From Armatimonadota bacterium (lineage in GTDB: Bacteria; Vulcanimicrobiota; JACPDS01; JBDRKI01), in the NCBI GenBank assembly GCA_043814095.1, contig JBDRKI010000036.1, positions 32,001-96,000 on the forward strand: a DNA stretch of 64,000 nucleotides, in the 5' to 3' direction. The notes below the pieces were generated by a model. That model did not search any database, was not told the origin of the DNA, and saw only the letters and a list, made by a program, of their open reading frames with translations. Position numbers and translations under genes: made by a program. Numbering within the stretch: position 1 is the first letter of the stretch; the number at the start of each line of letters is the position of its first letter. Shown here in pieces: positions 47,020 through 56,916 of the stretch.

Positions 47020-48167
47020 ACGGCTTTAGTTCAACAGAAAAGCAGGGAAGCTTTATAGAAGTGGCCGGCAGAACGCTTAGTATTATAAAGAACGGCCAGA
47101 GAATAAATAAAGATCTTCTTTTTGAAGCTTCTTCCGTTTGCGGTTACGGCAAAAACGGCAATATGGTCGTAAAGACCGATGAAGGCGTAAAAATTATAAA
47201 TGTTCTTGATTCGGGAGTTATTCATCTTTTAACCGATTTCAGTAAAAACAGTTTAAGGGAAGAGAACGCTTTTCTGGGAGACATAAAGATAGACGATAAG
47301 GGAAAACTTCTCTGCATAGAAAGAATGAATTACAGGTATAAACTTATAGATATGGTTCTAAACTTGCTGAAAATCCGCAAAGCGGTTCCCCATATTGAAG
47401 ACCGCCAGTTCATATTCTATAACTTAGAAGAAAGAACAAGGCGTCTGGTATATGTTCATTCCATGTATAAACGGGGAAAGAACCGCGTAAGGTGGGCCAT
47501 ATCTCCTAATTTCAAATACCTTGTGATTATAGAGAAAGAATACAAAAATCAAAAAGAATCCGTGTATATTGTAAATATAGCTATAAACAGGGTGCTTGCC
47601 AGAATAGATGTTGCCGATACAAGCGCAGAGAATGTAATGGTGAATAATTTCGGTTTCTGCCTGTTTGAGATTAAAAAGAGAAGCAGAAAATGGGAGTATG
47701 TTATCCTTACAAGCAACGGTAAAGTTATAAGATTTGAAAAAGATACTTCAACCAAACTTATGCATTTCGGGAACAAAATTATAGTATTTAAAAAGCCCAA
47801 AGAATCTCAGCTTATCATAAAAGACTTAAACGAGAAAACCATAGGAGAGTTTGATTTAAAACCGCTTAAGAAACTGGACTTTAATTACGAGCTCTTTTTT
47901 AATGAAAATGATGATATAGAAGTTGTTCTTTCCCAGAACGGGAAAGTTAAAGTCCTGCACTGCAGCCTGGATACTTTCCATACTGACGTTAAAAGATGGC
48001 AGGTCCTGGCAGAAAAAATGGAAAAAGCAGAAGCGATAGAGAGAATAAGCAGCAGGAACGATATCTCCCCGCGCAGGGGGAGGAGCTTTATGAATTTCAG
48101 AGTTGATTCCCATGAAGCGCTAAGCCAGGCTTTATATAACTCCTTAACGGAGAAGATGGATAATTGA
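47016..48167 (+). CDS. Hypothetical protein, probably a beta-propeller-like domain
   Basis: 383 aa; repeated short beta strands (IDDKGKLLCI, ISPNFKYLVI, VNNFGFCLF) followed by a helical tail. Confidence 0.65.
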   Translation: MNGFSSTEKQGSFIEVAGRTLSIIKNGQRINKDLLFEASSVCGYGKNGNMVVKTDEGVKIINVLDSGVIHLLTDFSKNSLREENAFLGDIKIDDKGKLLCIERMNYRYKLIDMVLNLLKIRKAVPHIEDRQFIFYNLEERTRRLVYVHSMYKRGKNRVRWAISPNFKYLVIIEKEYKNQKESVYIVNIAINRVLARIDVADTSAENVMVNNFGFCLFEIKKRSRKWEYVILTSNGKVIRFEKDTSTKLMHFGNKIIVFKKPKESQLIIKDLNEKTIGEFDLKPLKKLDFNYELFFNENDDIEVVLSQNGKVKVLHCSLDTFHTDVKRWQVLAEKMEKAEAIERISSRNDISPRRGRSFMNFRVDSHEALSQALYNSLTEKMDN

Positions 48168-48199
48168 GTTGAAAAAAAAGATAAAAATTGGGGTTCATA

Positions 48200-48904
48200 A
48201 TGGATAATGTAATTAACGGTATAAAGGTAATAAAAACAGTAGACGGCATTCCTAAAGGTGTTGTTAATGATACCGTTATGGGAAAAGTCCCTGTAGTATA
48301 CCGCTATAATCCTATAAGTAAGTCTTCTGAATGGCTGACGGATACAGCTGAAATAGAAGTCAGTGTAGAATCAGCCGTTAAAACACTTCTTCATCAGGTG
48401 CGGGTTCTTGTGGGGCAGAAAGGTTATGGTTCCATTGAACACAGGATATTTATAATAGAAGCCGAGACATTAAAGAATTTTGCCGGGGTGCCGAATGACG
48501 GCAAATGCCGCATAGATATTAATTTTACAACAAAAAATATGTTAAAGATTAAATCTTCAATGGAAAGAAATCCTGCGCTAAAGGAACAGTTTATAGATCT
48601 TATAAGTGATATATATATGGATGCAAGAAGCTGTAATGCTCCTAAAGAAGAGAATATCACCGCGCTTAAAAAATTGCTCTACCGCGCCGGATTCAGATAT
48701 ACAAAGAGCTCTTCAAGCAAACTGGGCAGGCTTAGAAAAAATATATATAAAGGCGAAGCAGGGAGAAGGACTAAAACAAGAAAACCTAAGCTGCCTCCGG
48801 GGGCCAGAGCTAAAGTCAGAACACCAAAACAATCTCCTAGGGGAAGGATGAAAAGGTTTGAAGTAAAGGCTCCCAGGTGGATGAGAATATTTAATAAGAT
48901 ATAA
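48200..48904 (+). CDS. Hypothetical protein with a very basic C-terminal region
   Basis: ORF 48188-48904 (ATG 48200 after GGGG preferred); Arg/Lys/Pro-rich last ~70 aa. Confidence 0.65.
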   Translation: MDNVINGIKVIKTVDGIPKGVVNDTVMGKVPVVYRYNPISKSSEWLTDTAEIEVSVESAVKTLLHQVRVLVGQKGYGSIEHRIFIIEAETLKNFAGVPNDGKCRIDINFTTKNMLKIKSSMERNPALKEQFIDLISDIYMDARSCNAPKEENITALKKLLYRAGFRYTKSSSSKLGRLRKNIYKGEAGRRTKTRKPKLPPGARAKVRTPKQSPRGRMKRFEVKAPRWMRIFNKI

Positions 48905-48947
48905 GCTTTGCAGGGAAGCTGTTATTATATAAAGAAATACCTTCATT

Positions 48948-51872
48948 ATGAACCAGTTAGATTTATATTCCAGCGATGTCTTAGAGGGTCTTAATGAAGC
49001 ACAGCTAAAGGCCGTTTCATTCGGGGAAGGGCCTCTTCTTATAATAGCGGGCGCGGGGACAGGCAAAACTTCCGTTATCACAAAAAGAATAGCTTATCTT
49101 ATCTCCGGGAAAAAATGCAGGACAGACCAGATACTTGCCCTTACATTTACCGATAAGGCCGCCCAGGAGATGGAAGAAAGAGTAGACCTTCTTGTCCCTT
49201 ACGGATACACGGATGTTATGATATCAACTTTTCATGCATTCGGTGATTTCCTCTTAAAAGAACACGCTTTGGAGATAGGTCTTGCTTATGATTTCAAGGT
49301 TCTGTCTAAACCCGAGCAGATAATTTTCCTTAAGGAAAATTTATACAAGCTTCCTTTGAAGCATTACAGGCCCGGAGGAAATCCTACTTCTTACCTTGAC
49401 GCCATAACCACCCTTATATCCCGAGCTAAAGATGAAGACATATCTTGCGAAGAATATATAAAATACGCGGAAAAGGTTCTTGATGATGCCCGCAGGAATG
49501 AAGATGTTGAAAAAATTGATGAATATGAAAAGCAAGCAGAGTCAGCAAGTACATATAAAAAGTACCGGGAGCTTATGACAGAGAATGGTTTTATTGATTT
49601 CGGCGACCAGGTCGGGCTTTGCTTGAAGCTTTTCAGGGAGAACCCTTCAATACTGAAAAAGTACAGGGAAAAATTTAAATACATACTTGTTGATGAGTTC
49701 CAGGATACAAATCTCGCGCAGTATAAACTTATAAAAATGCTTGCGGGAGGCGAGGGTAATCTTAATGTTGTAGGCGATGACGATCAGAGTATATATAAAT
49801 TCAGGGGGGCCGCAATAAGCAATATCCTGAATTTTAATAATGATTATCCGGATGCCGAGAAGATTGTCTTGAATACAAACTACAGGTCTACACAGAATAT
49901 ACTTGATACCTCCTACAGGTTAATATGCCATAATAATCCCGACAGGCTTGAAGTAAAAAATAATATTGATAAAAAACTTGTAAGTGTAAAAGGGAAGGGC
50001 AGTTATATAGCCAATCAGTCTTTTGACACAATAAGCACCGAGGCCGATTATGTAGCTGATTATATAAAAAAAGGTGTAAAAGGCGGCAGGAAGTATAAAG
50101 ATTGCGCAATACTTGTCCGTTCAAATAACGATTCACAAGCATTTATACAGTCTTTAAATATGGCGGGTATACCTTACAGGTTCTCGGGTCAGGGCGGACT
50201 TTATACAGATAGCAATGTACAGCTTTTAATCTCTTTATTAAGGGTTATTAAAGACCCCAATGACAGCATAAGCTTATATAATCTTGCAGTATCCCACTTA
50301 TATAATCTTGACCCTGTTGATATAAAAGACTGTTCAAATACTGCTTATAAAAGAAATCTTCCCTTGTTTAAAATATTCAGAGATTTTGAAAAGATTTCCG
50401 ATCTTTCTTCTTTAACGGAAGAAAGTAAAAAAACAATTAAAAAAATATCAGAGGATATAGAGCAGTATGTATCTGATTCTTTTAATATATCCACAGGCAA
50501 GCTTCTCTATAAATATGTAAAGGATAAGAAGGTTTTAAAAAACCTTCTTGATAAGGAGTGCCCGGGTTCTGAAGAAAAGATTTACAATATTTCAAAATTC
50601 TTTGAAGTAATAAACAATTATGAAAAGCTTTACCCGGGGACGAGACTCCCTCAGTTTGTAGAGCACCTTGACTTTATGATAGCTTCAGGGGATAACCCCT
50701 CCACCTACCAGGCGGACCCGGATCTTGATTATGTTAATATCCTTACATATCACAAGGCAAAGGGACTGGAGTTTTCGGTTGTGTTTATGGTTAATCTTGT
50801 GCAGGGCAAATTTCCAGTAAGAAACAGGCACGATAAAATAGAGATACCCTTAGAGCTTATTAAAGAAACACTGCCCTCGGGGGACTTTCATATCCAGGAA
50901 GAAAGAAGACTGTTTTATGTGGGTATGACAAGGGCAAAAGACGAGCTTATCTTTACCTATTCCCGCGATCTTGGAGGCAAGCGCCAGAGGAAGGCAAGCC
51001 AGTTTGTGCTTGAAGCGCTTGACCTTCCAAAAGCGGAAGTGAAATCAAAAAAATCCTCACCGGGTGAATATTTAAAGAGATTTGAAGATATTAAAGTTAA
51101 GCAGGATACCGCGTATTCTGTTTCCGATGATGTTATTTTAACTTTAAGCGCCAATTCAATAGAAGATTATATGGACTGCCCGTTAAGATATAAATTTATG
51201 CATATCCTGAAGATCCCTGTTGCAAAGCATTTCGCATTTATTTACGGCAGCGCCGTGCATAATACAATAAATTATTACCATACGAGAAAGATCCAGGGCA
51301 AAAAAGTAAAGTTTGAGGAATTAGAAGACGTATTTAAGGCAAACTGGATAAGCGAAGGATTCCTTTCACAGGATCATGAAAAACAGCTGTACACAGAAGG
51401 GTTGGAAGTTCTTAAAAAATTCTTTGATAAAAGCGAGAAAGAAAAAGACATACCTACCTGTGTTGAAAAAGAGTTTGCGTTTAGTGTTGATAATATAAAG
51501 GTGAAGGGAAGATGGGACCGCGTGGATATAGGCAAGAACAGCGCGGTTATTACCGATTACAAAACAAGCAGGATAAAAAACAAAAAAGAAGCCGATAAAC
51601 GCGCGAAAGACAGCTTCCAGCTTGCGGTTTACGCGCTTTCGTACCAGAAAATTTATAATAAACCCGCGGATAAAGTCCAGCTTTATTTCCTGACGGATGA
51701 GATTGCCGGGGAAGCGGTTAAATCGCAGAATGATATTAATGATACAGTTGAAAAGATAAAACAGGCCTCCAAAGGCATAAGGAAAGGTATATTTACGGCC
51801 AACCCTAATTACATGAACTGCATGTACTGTTCTTATAAAAACTTATGTAATGAAAAAAATAGTGAACAGTAA
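48948..51872 (+). CDS. UvrD/PcrA-family SF1A helicase fused to a C-terminal PD-(D/E)XK nuclease with Fe-S staple cysteines
   Basis: AGAGTGKT, VDEFQDTN, VGDDDQSIYKFRGA, NYRS, HKAKGLEF and EERRLFYVGMTRA; GRWDRVD..DYKT, QLAVY; YMDCP and CMYCSYKNLC. Confidence 0.92.
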   Translation: MNQLDLYSSDVLEGLNEAQLKAVSFGEGPLLIIAGAGTGKTSVITKRIAYLISGKKCRTDQILALTFTDKAAQEMEERVDLLVPYGYTDVMISTFHAFGDFLLKEHALEIGLAYDFKVLSKPEQIIFLKENLYKLPLKHYRPGGNPTSYLDAITTLISRAKDEDISCEEYIKYAEKVLDDARRNEDVEKIDEYEKQAESASTYKKYRELMTENGFIDFGDQVGLCLKLFRENPSILKKYREKFKYILVDEFQDTNLAQYKLIKMLAGGEGNLNVVGDDDQSIYKFRGAAISNILNFNNDYPDAEKIVLNTNYRSTQNILDTSYRLICHNNPDRLEVKNNIDKKLVSVKGKGSYIANQSFDTISTEADYVADYIKKGVKGGRKYKDCAILVRSNNDSQAFIQSLNMAGIPYRFSGQGGLYTDSNVQLLISLLRVIKDPNDSISLYNLAVSHLYNLDPVDIKDCSNTAYKRNLPLFKIFRDFEKISDLSSLTEESKKTIKKISEDIEQYVSDSFNISTGKLLYKYVKDKKVLKNLLDKECPGSEEKIYNISKFFEVINNYEKLYPGTRLPQFVEHLDFMIASGDNPSTYQADPDLDYVNILTYHKAKGLEFSVVFMVNLVQGKFPVRNRHDKIEIPLELIKETLPSGDFHIQEERRLFYVGMTRAKDELIFTYSRDLGGKRQRKASQFVLEALDLPKAEVKSKKSSPGEYLKRFEDIKVKQDTAYSVSDDVILTLSANSIEDYMDCPLRYKFMHILKIPVAKHFAFIYGSAVHNTINYYHTRKIQGKKVKFEELEDVFKANWISEGFLSQDHEKQLYTEGLEVLKKFFDKSEKEKDIPTCVEKEFAFSVDNIKVKGRWDRVDIGKNSAVITDYKTSRIKNKKEADKRAKDSFQLAVYALSYQKIYNKPADKVQLYFLTDEIAGEAVKSQNDINDTVEKIKQASKGIRKGIFTANPNYMNCMYCSYKNLCNEKNSEQ

Positions 51873-51897
51873 TAAAGATAGCTAACGTAAGAGGTGT

Positions 51898-53706
51898 ATG
51901 ATTATGAAGAGAATAAAATTATTTACATTACTTGTATCCCTTATTATAATCTTTTTTTTAGTCTCATCAGCAACATATGCGGCGGGCTTTGACTGGAAGA
52001 TTACATCATTCTGTTCTTCAATCAAGGTTAATGATGACAGATCAATAGATGTTGAAGAAGTAATAACAACTGATTTTAAATCCCAGATGCACGGGATATA
52101 CCGCTATATACCCACAGTTTTCGGGAAAGGCATGCTGGGGAGCAATTCTTTAGGGTACAAACTTATAAGTATTACGGATGAGAAAGGCGCCCCGTATCCT
52201 TTTAATACTTATACTAAAGGAAATTTTGTAAGCTACAGGATAGGGGACCCGAATAAAACAATAACAGGCAAACATGTTTATGTTATAAAATACAGGATGG
52301 CAAAAGCGGTTAAAACCTATAAATCTGATAATTTCGCGCCCGGCATTACTGAACACGATGAACTTTATTTTAATGTTACAGGCAACGGCTGGGCGGTTGA
52401 TATTGATTACGCCCAGGCGGTCATAATCCTGCCGAAAGCAGGCAACCCCGATATGATGAGAATAAAAGTGTATACCGGGAGTTACGGAAGCAAGGCAAGC
52501 AATAGTGTGGCTAAGATTATAAAGGGGCGGACTTTTTACTGTTCTGCCAGGGATCTTAAGCCGTATGAAGGCTTAACTGTCGCCGCCGGCTGGCCCGTTG
52601 GAATAATTCAGAAAGAGAATAAGACTTTAAATACAATCCTTTTTCTTCTTTCCAACTGGTATTTATTTATACCGTTATTTGTGCTGATAGCGCTTTTTTA
52701 TGTATGGTATAAAAACGGGAGGGATATAAAAAGCGGGGATGCTATAATGGCCCAGTATACGCCGCCCGAGAAAAAGAAAGGCGATTGCTTTTCTCCGCTG
52801 GATGTGGGAGTCATAATTGATGAAAGGTTTGATCCAAGGGATCTTACCGCGCAGATTGTTGATCTTGCCGTTAGAGGGTATCTTAAGATAAAGGAAATAG
52901 AAACCTCAAAGATGTTTTTATTTAAGAATAAAGATTATGAGCTTATAAGAACGGATAAAGCGGATACCGATCTTACTCCTTTTGACAGAAAACTTTTAAA
53001 GAAGCTCTTTAAACACGGGAAAAATAATAAGGTAAAACTCTCAGAGCTAAAGTATGAATTTTCCAGTGATTACACATCTTTAAAAAATGATAAATACAAA
53101 GATCTTGCAAAAGACGGTGTGTTTGTGTCAAATCCCGAGAAAGTGCGTTCGGATTATGTACTTACAGGAATCGGGATAATAATATTTGGTGTTGTTGCAG
53201 CTATAGTTCTCTCCGTTTTTAATATAATATTTTCGCAGGATAAAATCGGCTTGAGTATTTTCTCTGTTGCTCTTTCCGGAGTTATTTTCATAATATTCGC
53301 GCCTCTTATGCCGAAAAAGACCCCGTTCGGTGCCCAGGTTTTAAACCACATCCGGGGGTTTGAGGATTATATAAAAACAGCGGAGAAGAACCGAATAGAA
53401 TGGGAAGTTAAGGAGAATATATTTGAAAAATACCTTCCTTACGCTATGGTCTTCCGTCTTGAAGAGAAGTGGGCACAGAGATTTGAGGGTTTGTATAAAG
53501 AATCTCCGGAATGGTTCATAGCGGTAACACCGTATACGGCTTTTTCCACTTCAAATTTTGTTCATTCAATGAATGACGCGAGCAGTTTTATGGCAGGCAG
53601 CCTGGCATCAGCGCCAAGATCAACGGGTTCCGGCTCTAGCGGTTTCTCCGGCGGCGGGGGATTCTCAGGAGGAGGAAGCGGCGGCGGCGGCGGCGGCGGC
53701 TGGTAA
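51898..53706 (+). CDS. DUF2207-family membrane protein
   Basis: Signal peptide, HGIYRYIP, DELYFNVTGNGW, IVDLAVRGYL, EKYLPYAM and terminal GGGSGGGGGGGW. Confidence 0.88.
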   Translation: MIMKRIKLFTLLVSLIIIFFLVSSATYAAGFDWKITSFCSSIKVNDDRSIDVEEVITTDFKSQMHGIYRYIPTVFGKGMLGSNSLGYKLISITDEKGAPYPFNTYTKGNFVSYRIGDPNKTITGKHVYVIKYRMAKAVKTYKSDNFAPGITEHDELYFNVTGNGWAVDIDYAQAVIILPKAGNPDMMRIKVYTGSYGSKASNSVAKIIKGRTFYCSARDLKPYEGLTVAAGWPVGIIQKENKTLNTILFLLSNWYLFIPLFVLIALFYVWYKNGRDIKSGDAIMAQYTPPEKKKGDCFSPLDVGVIIDERFDPRDLTAQIVDLAVRGYLKIKEIETSKMFLFKNKDYELIRTDKADTDLTPFDRKLLKKLFKHGKNNKVKLSELKYEFSSDYTSLKNDKYKDLAKDGVFVSNPEKVRSDYVLTGIGIIIFGVVAAIVLSVFNIIFSQDKIGLSIFSVALSGVIFIIFAPLMPKKTPFGAQVLNHIRGFEDYIKTAEKNRIEWEVKENIFEKYLPYAMVFRLEEKWAQRFEGLYKESPEWFIAVTPYTAFSTSNFVHSMNDASSFMAGSLASAPRSTGSGSSGFSGGGGFSGGGSGGGGGGGW

Positions 53707-53717
53707 ATAAAGATAAG

Positions 53718-54446
53718 GTGATATTTATGAGAAAAATAACAGTTTTAATAATTTTAGCGGTAATAATTACAACTTCATTTGCATATTCTTTCCAGCTTGA
53801 ATTAATAAGTAAAGAGCAGGAAATACAGATAGGGAAAGATGCCGCAAGCCAGATTGAATCCGAATACGGTACTGTTAATAATGCCGCACAGCTTGCAAAG
53901 ATAAACAAGATAGGCAAAAAGATAGTAACTGTATGCGATAGACGCGACCTCCCGTATTCATTTAAAATATTAAATACCGACCAGGTTAACGCCATATGCT
54001 GTCCCGGCGGCTTTATATATGTAACAAAAGGGCTTATGAATCTTAAACTCAGCGATGATGAGCTTGCCTGTGTTCTTGCACATGAGATAACACACGCGGT
54101 GAAAAGACATGCGGTAAACCAGATTACGGCTACCATGGGGGTAGGGGTTCTGCTGGACCTTGTTACCAAAGGGCAGGCGTCCCAGCAGCTCTCAGGCCAG
54201 GTTGTACAGCTCCTTCTCACCCGCGGCCATTCAAGGGATGATGAGTATGACGCAGACCTTACAGGCGCTACTTACGCCTTTTACGCGGGATATAATCCTT
54301 ACGGGATGATATATTTCTTACAGGAACTAAATAAGCTGGAAAAGAGCAATCCTACATTCTTAGACCAGTTTATAGCGACACATCCTCCTAATAATGACAG
54401 AATAGCAAGGTTAAAGCCCCTATGTAAGAGTCTTACGGGAAAGTAG
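53718..54446 (+). CDS. Exported M48-family zinc metalloprotease
   Basis: Signal peptide; VNA...PGGFIYVTKGL, LAHEITH (HExxH), SRDDEYDAD and THP motifs; start may be ATG 53727. Confidence 0.9.
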   Translation: MIFMRKITVLIILAVIITTSFAYSFQLELISKEQEIQIGKDAASQIESEYGTVNNAAQLAKINKIGKKIVTVCDRRDLPYSFKILNTDQVNAICCPGGFIYVTKGLMNLKLSDDELACVLAHEITHAVKRHAVNQITATMGVGVLLDLVTKGQASQQLSGQVVQLLLTRGHSRDDEYDADLTGATYAFYAGYNPYGMIYFLQELNKLEKSNPTFLDQFIATHPPNNDRIARLKPLCKSLTGK

Positions 54447-54472
54447 AATAAGTTAGAATTAAAATTAAACTT

Positions 54473-54504
54473 AAAAGAGCAGAGATTTTATTCCTGCTCT
54501 TTTT
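54473..54504 (+). terminator. Intrinsic terminator
   Basis: AAAAGAGCAG...CTGCTCTTTTT hairpin. Confidence 0.75.
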
Positions 54505-54596
54505 ATATCCTGAATTTGACAAAACTTATATAAATTGTTAAAAATTATAGTATTCATTATTATATATAACCGTTTTTTATATTATCAGGGGGGAAA

Positions 54597-55403
54597 ATGC
54601 AGTTAAAAGGATTAAGCCCTGCCGGTTATTTCTCAAACGCGGGCAGTCTTAAATCTAAAGAAGAAGTAATCACATGGCGTACGGAGAAAGGCAGACTTGT
54701 TAAGATGGTTCTGTACTATAATTCTAACAGGACAGAGGTATCCGCGACTTTCAGAATAACCGTATCGGATGACGGGCTTAATCATTTTGTATTTGAATTA
54801 AAGCAGAATGGTAATGATTTCAAGGTTGTGGAGAACTATTTTTACGCGCATAATAAATTGACTTCAGATATGTCCGGTAAAAAATATTTAGATGCAAAAA
54901 AAGAAGTGCTTGCGGTAATAAGATCATTATTGGATACAGAAAATAATAATTCTAAAGCAAAAAAGATAATACAGGTTGTATACGATAAGGTAATAAGAGA
55001 AAAAGAAATAGATATAAAATACAGGGAAGAAGATAAAGTCCTTCACGCTGCGGGCAGCGGTAAGGCTTTAATTAAAATAGATAGGGGATTTGACGAGAAC
55101 GGCGGGATAAGAAAGATAGTAACTCTTAAGATGAAGCTCTCCTCAGGCGATACCTTTATATACAGATTATTTAAAAGGAAAGAGAAGTATCATTTTACAG
55201 GTGCTTATAAACCTAGAGTTACATTAGGTCATACACCTATGATATCGGATAATATCTCAGAGACTGAAAGAAGAGAGATACTATCTATCCTGAATAGTAT
55301 AAAAACAACACCCGCAACAAAGGATATACTTGAATATATAAAATCAGGTGTCAGGAACCTGACCGATGTTAAACATGGAAAAGTTTATGTGCGGGTTAAA
55401 TAA
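54597..55403 (+). CDS. Hypothetical protein, possibly two diverged internal repeats
   Basis: 268-aa ORF with AGGGGG RBS; no family motif recognised. Confidence 0.7.
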   Translation: MQLKGLSPAGYFSNAGSLKSKEEVITWRTEKGRLVKMVLYYNSNRTEVSATFRITVSDDGLNHFVFELKQNGNDFKVVENYFYAHNKLTSDMSGKKYLDAKKEVLAVIRSLLDTENNNSKAKKIIQVVYDKVIREKEIDIKYREEDKVLHAAGSGKALIKIDRGFDENGGIRKIVTLKMKLSSGDTFIYRLFKRKEKYHFTGAYKPRVTLGHTPMISDNISETERREILSILNSIKTTPATKDILEYIKSGVRNLTDVKHGKVYVRVK

Positions 55404-55473
55404 ATATTGATAAATCAATATTTATTCTATTTATCAAGCAGGAAAATCCTAATACAAATCTAATGGTTAAAAT

Positions 55474-56901
55474 ATGATTTGCAAAACAATAATCCAGAAA
55501 GTGGATCTTAAAAACAAGAATAATTTCTATTTTTCAGGCATCTGCGGCGCGGGAATGAGCGCTCTTGCTTTTGCATTGCAGAATCTTAAGAAAAAGGTTT
55601 CCGGCTCGGATGTAATGATAGATTTTGGGAAGGTAAGCCCCGTCCTTATGAATCTTAAGAAAAAAAGGATAAAATTAAACTCCCAGGACGGGTCAGGTCT
55701 TTCTAAAGATGTTGATTACCTTGTGGTTAGCAGTGCTATAGAACCGGATAATCCCGATGTAAGGAAAGCGAAAGAGCTGGGGATTCCGATCGTTCACAGG
55801 ACAGACCTTCTTCTTGCCTTAATTGAGGATAAATTTCAGATCGCTATCGCCGGTTCAAGCGGCAAGACCACAACTTCCGCGCTGGCGGCCCATCTTTTAA
55901 ATACGGCTAAAGTTGATCCTTCATATTTTGTGGGAGGACTTATTAAAGGGTATAAAGAGCACGAAGCCGTTTATTATGATCAGGAGTCAAAGTCCATCGT
56001 CATAGAAACTGATGAATCGGACAGGACGATTAAAAAATATACTCCTAACATAGGGGTGGTTTTAAGTTTATGCAAGGATCATTACGGTATAAAGGAACTT
56101 GAAAAAGTATTCTATAATTTTGCCCTTCAGTGCAGGGAAAAAGTTATTATAAATAATGATGATCCGCGCCTGCATAAACAGGTAAAAAGATTGGGCAAAA
56201 GAAAAACAGCCCCCAAAGTTATAACTTTTGGCATAAAAAATAGATCTGATTTTCAGGCTAAAAAAATTAAATCAATAGGCGCAAGTAGCGAATTTCTGGT
56301 AGGAAGCGAGAAATACAAGATAAACCTTCCCGGACTGCATAATATATATAATTCTTTGTCAGTTATAGCAATAGGCAAGGTGCTGGGTTTAAAGTCAAGT
56401 GTAATTAAAAAAGCTTTAAATTCCTTTAAGGGTGTAAGGCGCAGGTTTGAGCTTGTAGCCAGTATAAACGGCGTTACCGTTATAGATGATTTCGCTCACA
56501 ATCCGGACAAGATAAAAGCAACTATCCTTGCGGCTAAAGCTATTTCAAAAAGATTAATATTAATTTACCAGCCGCACGGTTTTTATCCCACATTGATTAA
56601 CAGGAATAACCTGCTAAGGGTATGGAAAGAAAATTTAAGAAAAAATGATATCCTTATTCTCCCCGATATCTATATAGCAGGCGGCAAGCTGGAAGCATGC
56701 AAAGATAAAATATCTTCAGATAAGCTTATAAATAATCTTAAAAAACATAAAGTTAAAGCGCATTATATAATAGACAGGGAAGAAATTATTGATTTTGTAA
56801 AGAATAATGTCCGCTCAAAAGATATAGTTATAGTAATGGGAGCAAGAGACCCGTCTTTATCATATTTTGCGGAAAAAGTCGCACAAGAACTGAAAAAATG
56901 A
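55474..56901 (+). CDS. murC: Mur ligase, MurC/Mpl-like (UDP-N-acetylmuramate--L-alanine ligase)
   Basis: GICGAGMSALA, VSSAI, GSSGKTTT, ETDESD, GVRRRF, DDFAHNP and YQPH motifs; not in a dcw cluster, so orthology is uncertain. Confidence 0.75.
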   Translation: MICKTIIQKVDLKNKNNFYFSGICGAGMSALAFALQNLKKKVSGSDVMIDFGKVSPVLMNLKKKRIKLNSQDGSGLSKDVDYLVVSSAIEPDNPDVRKAKELGIPIVHRTDLLLALIEDKFQIAIAGSSGKTTTSALAAHLLNTAKVDPSYFVGGLIKGYKEHEAVYYDQESKSIVIETDESDRTIKKYTPNIGVVLSLCKDHYGIKELEKVFYNFALQCREKVIINNDDPRLHKQVKRLGKRKTAPKVITFGIKNRSDFQAKKIKSIGASSEFLVGSEKYKINLPGLHNIYNSLSVIAIGKVLGLKSSVIKKALNSFKGVRRRFELVASINGVTVIDDFAHNPDKIKATILAAKAISKRLILIYQPHGFYPTLINRNNLLRVWKENLRKNDILILPDIYIAGGKLEACKDKISSDKLINNLKKHKVKAHYIIDREEIIDFVKNNVRSKDIVIVMGARDPSLSYFAEKVAQELKK

Positions 56902-56916
56902 TGCTGAGGATTTTGT

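Noticed and set aside
53636-54220. 194-aa antisense ORF and the many other opposite-strand ORFs in the track (e.g. 27901-28827, 22569-23147, 13358-13831)
   Set aside because: They fully overlap well-supported genes on the other strand and have no motifs; the Arg run here is the reverse of the poly-Gly GGC codons
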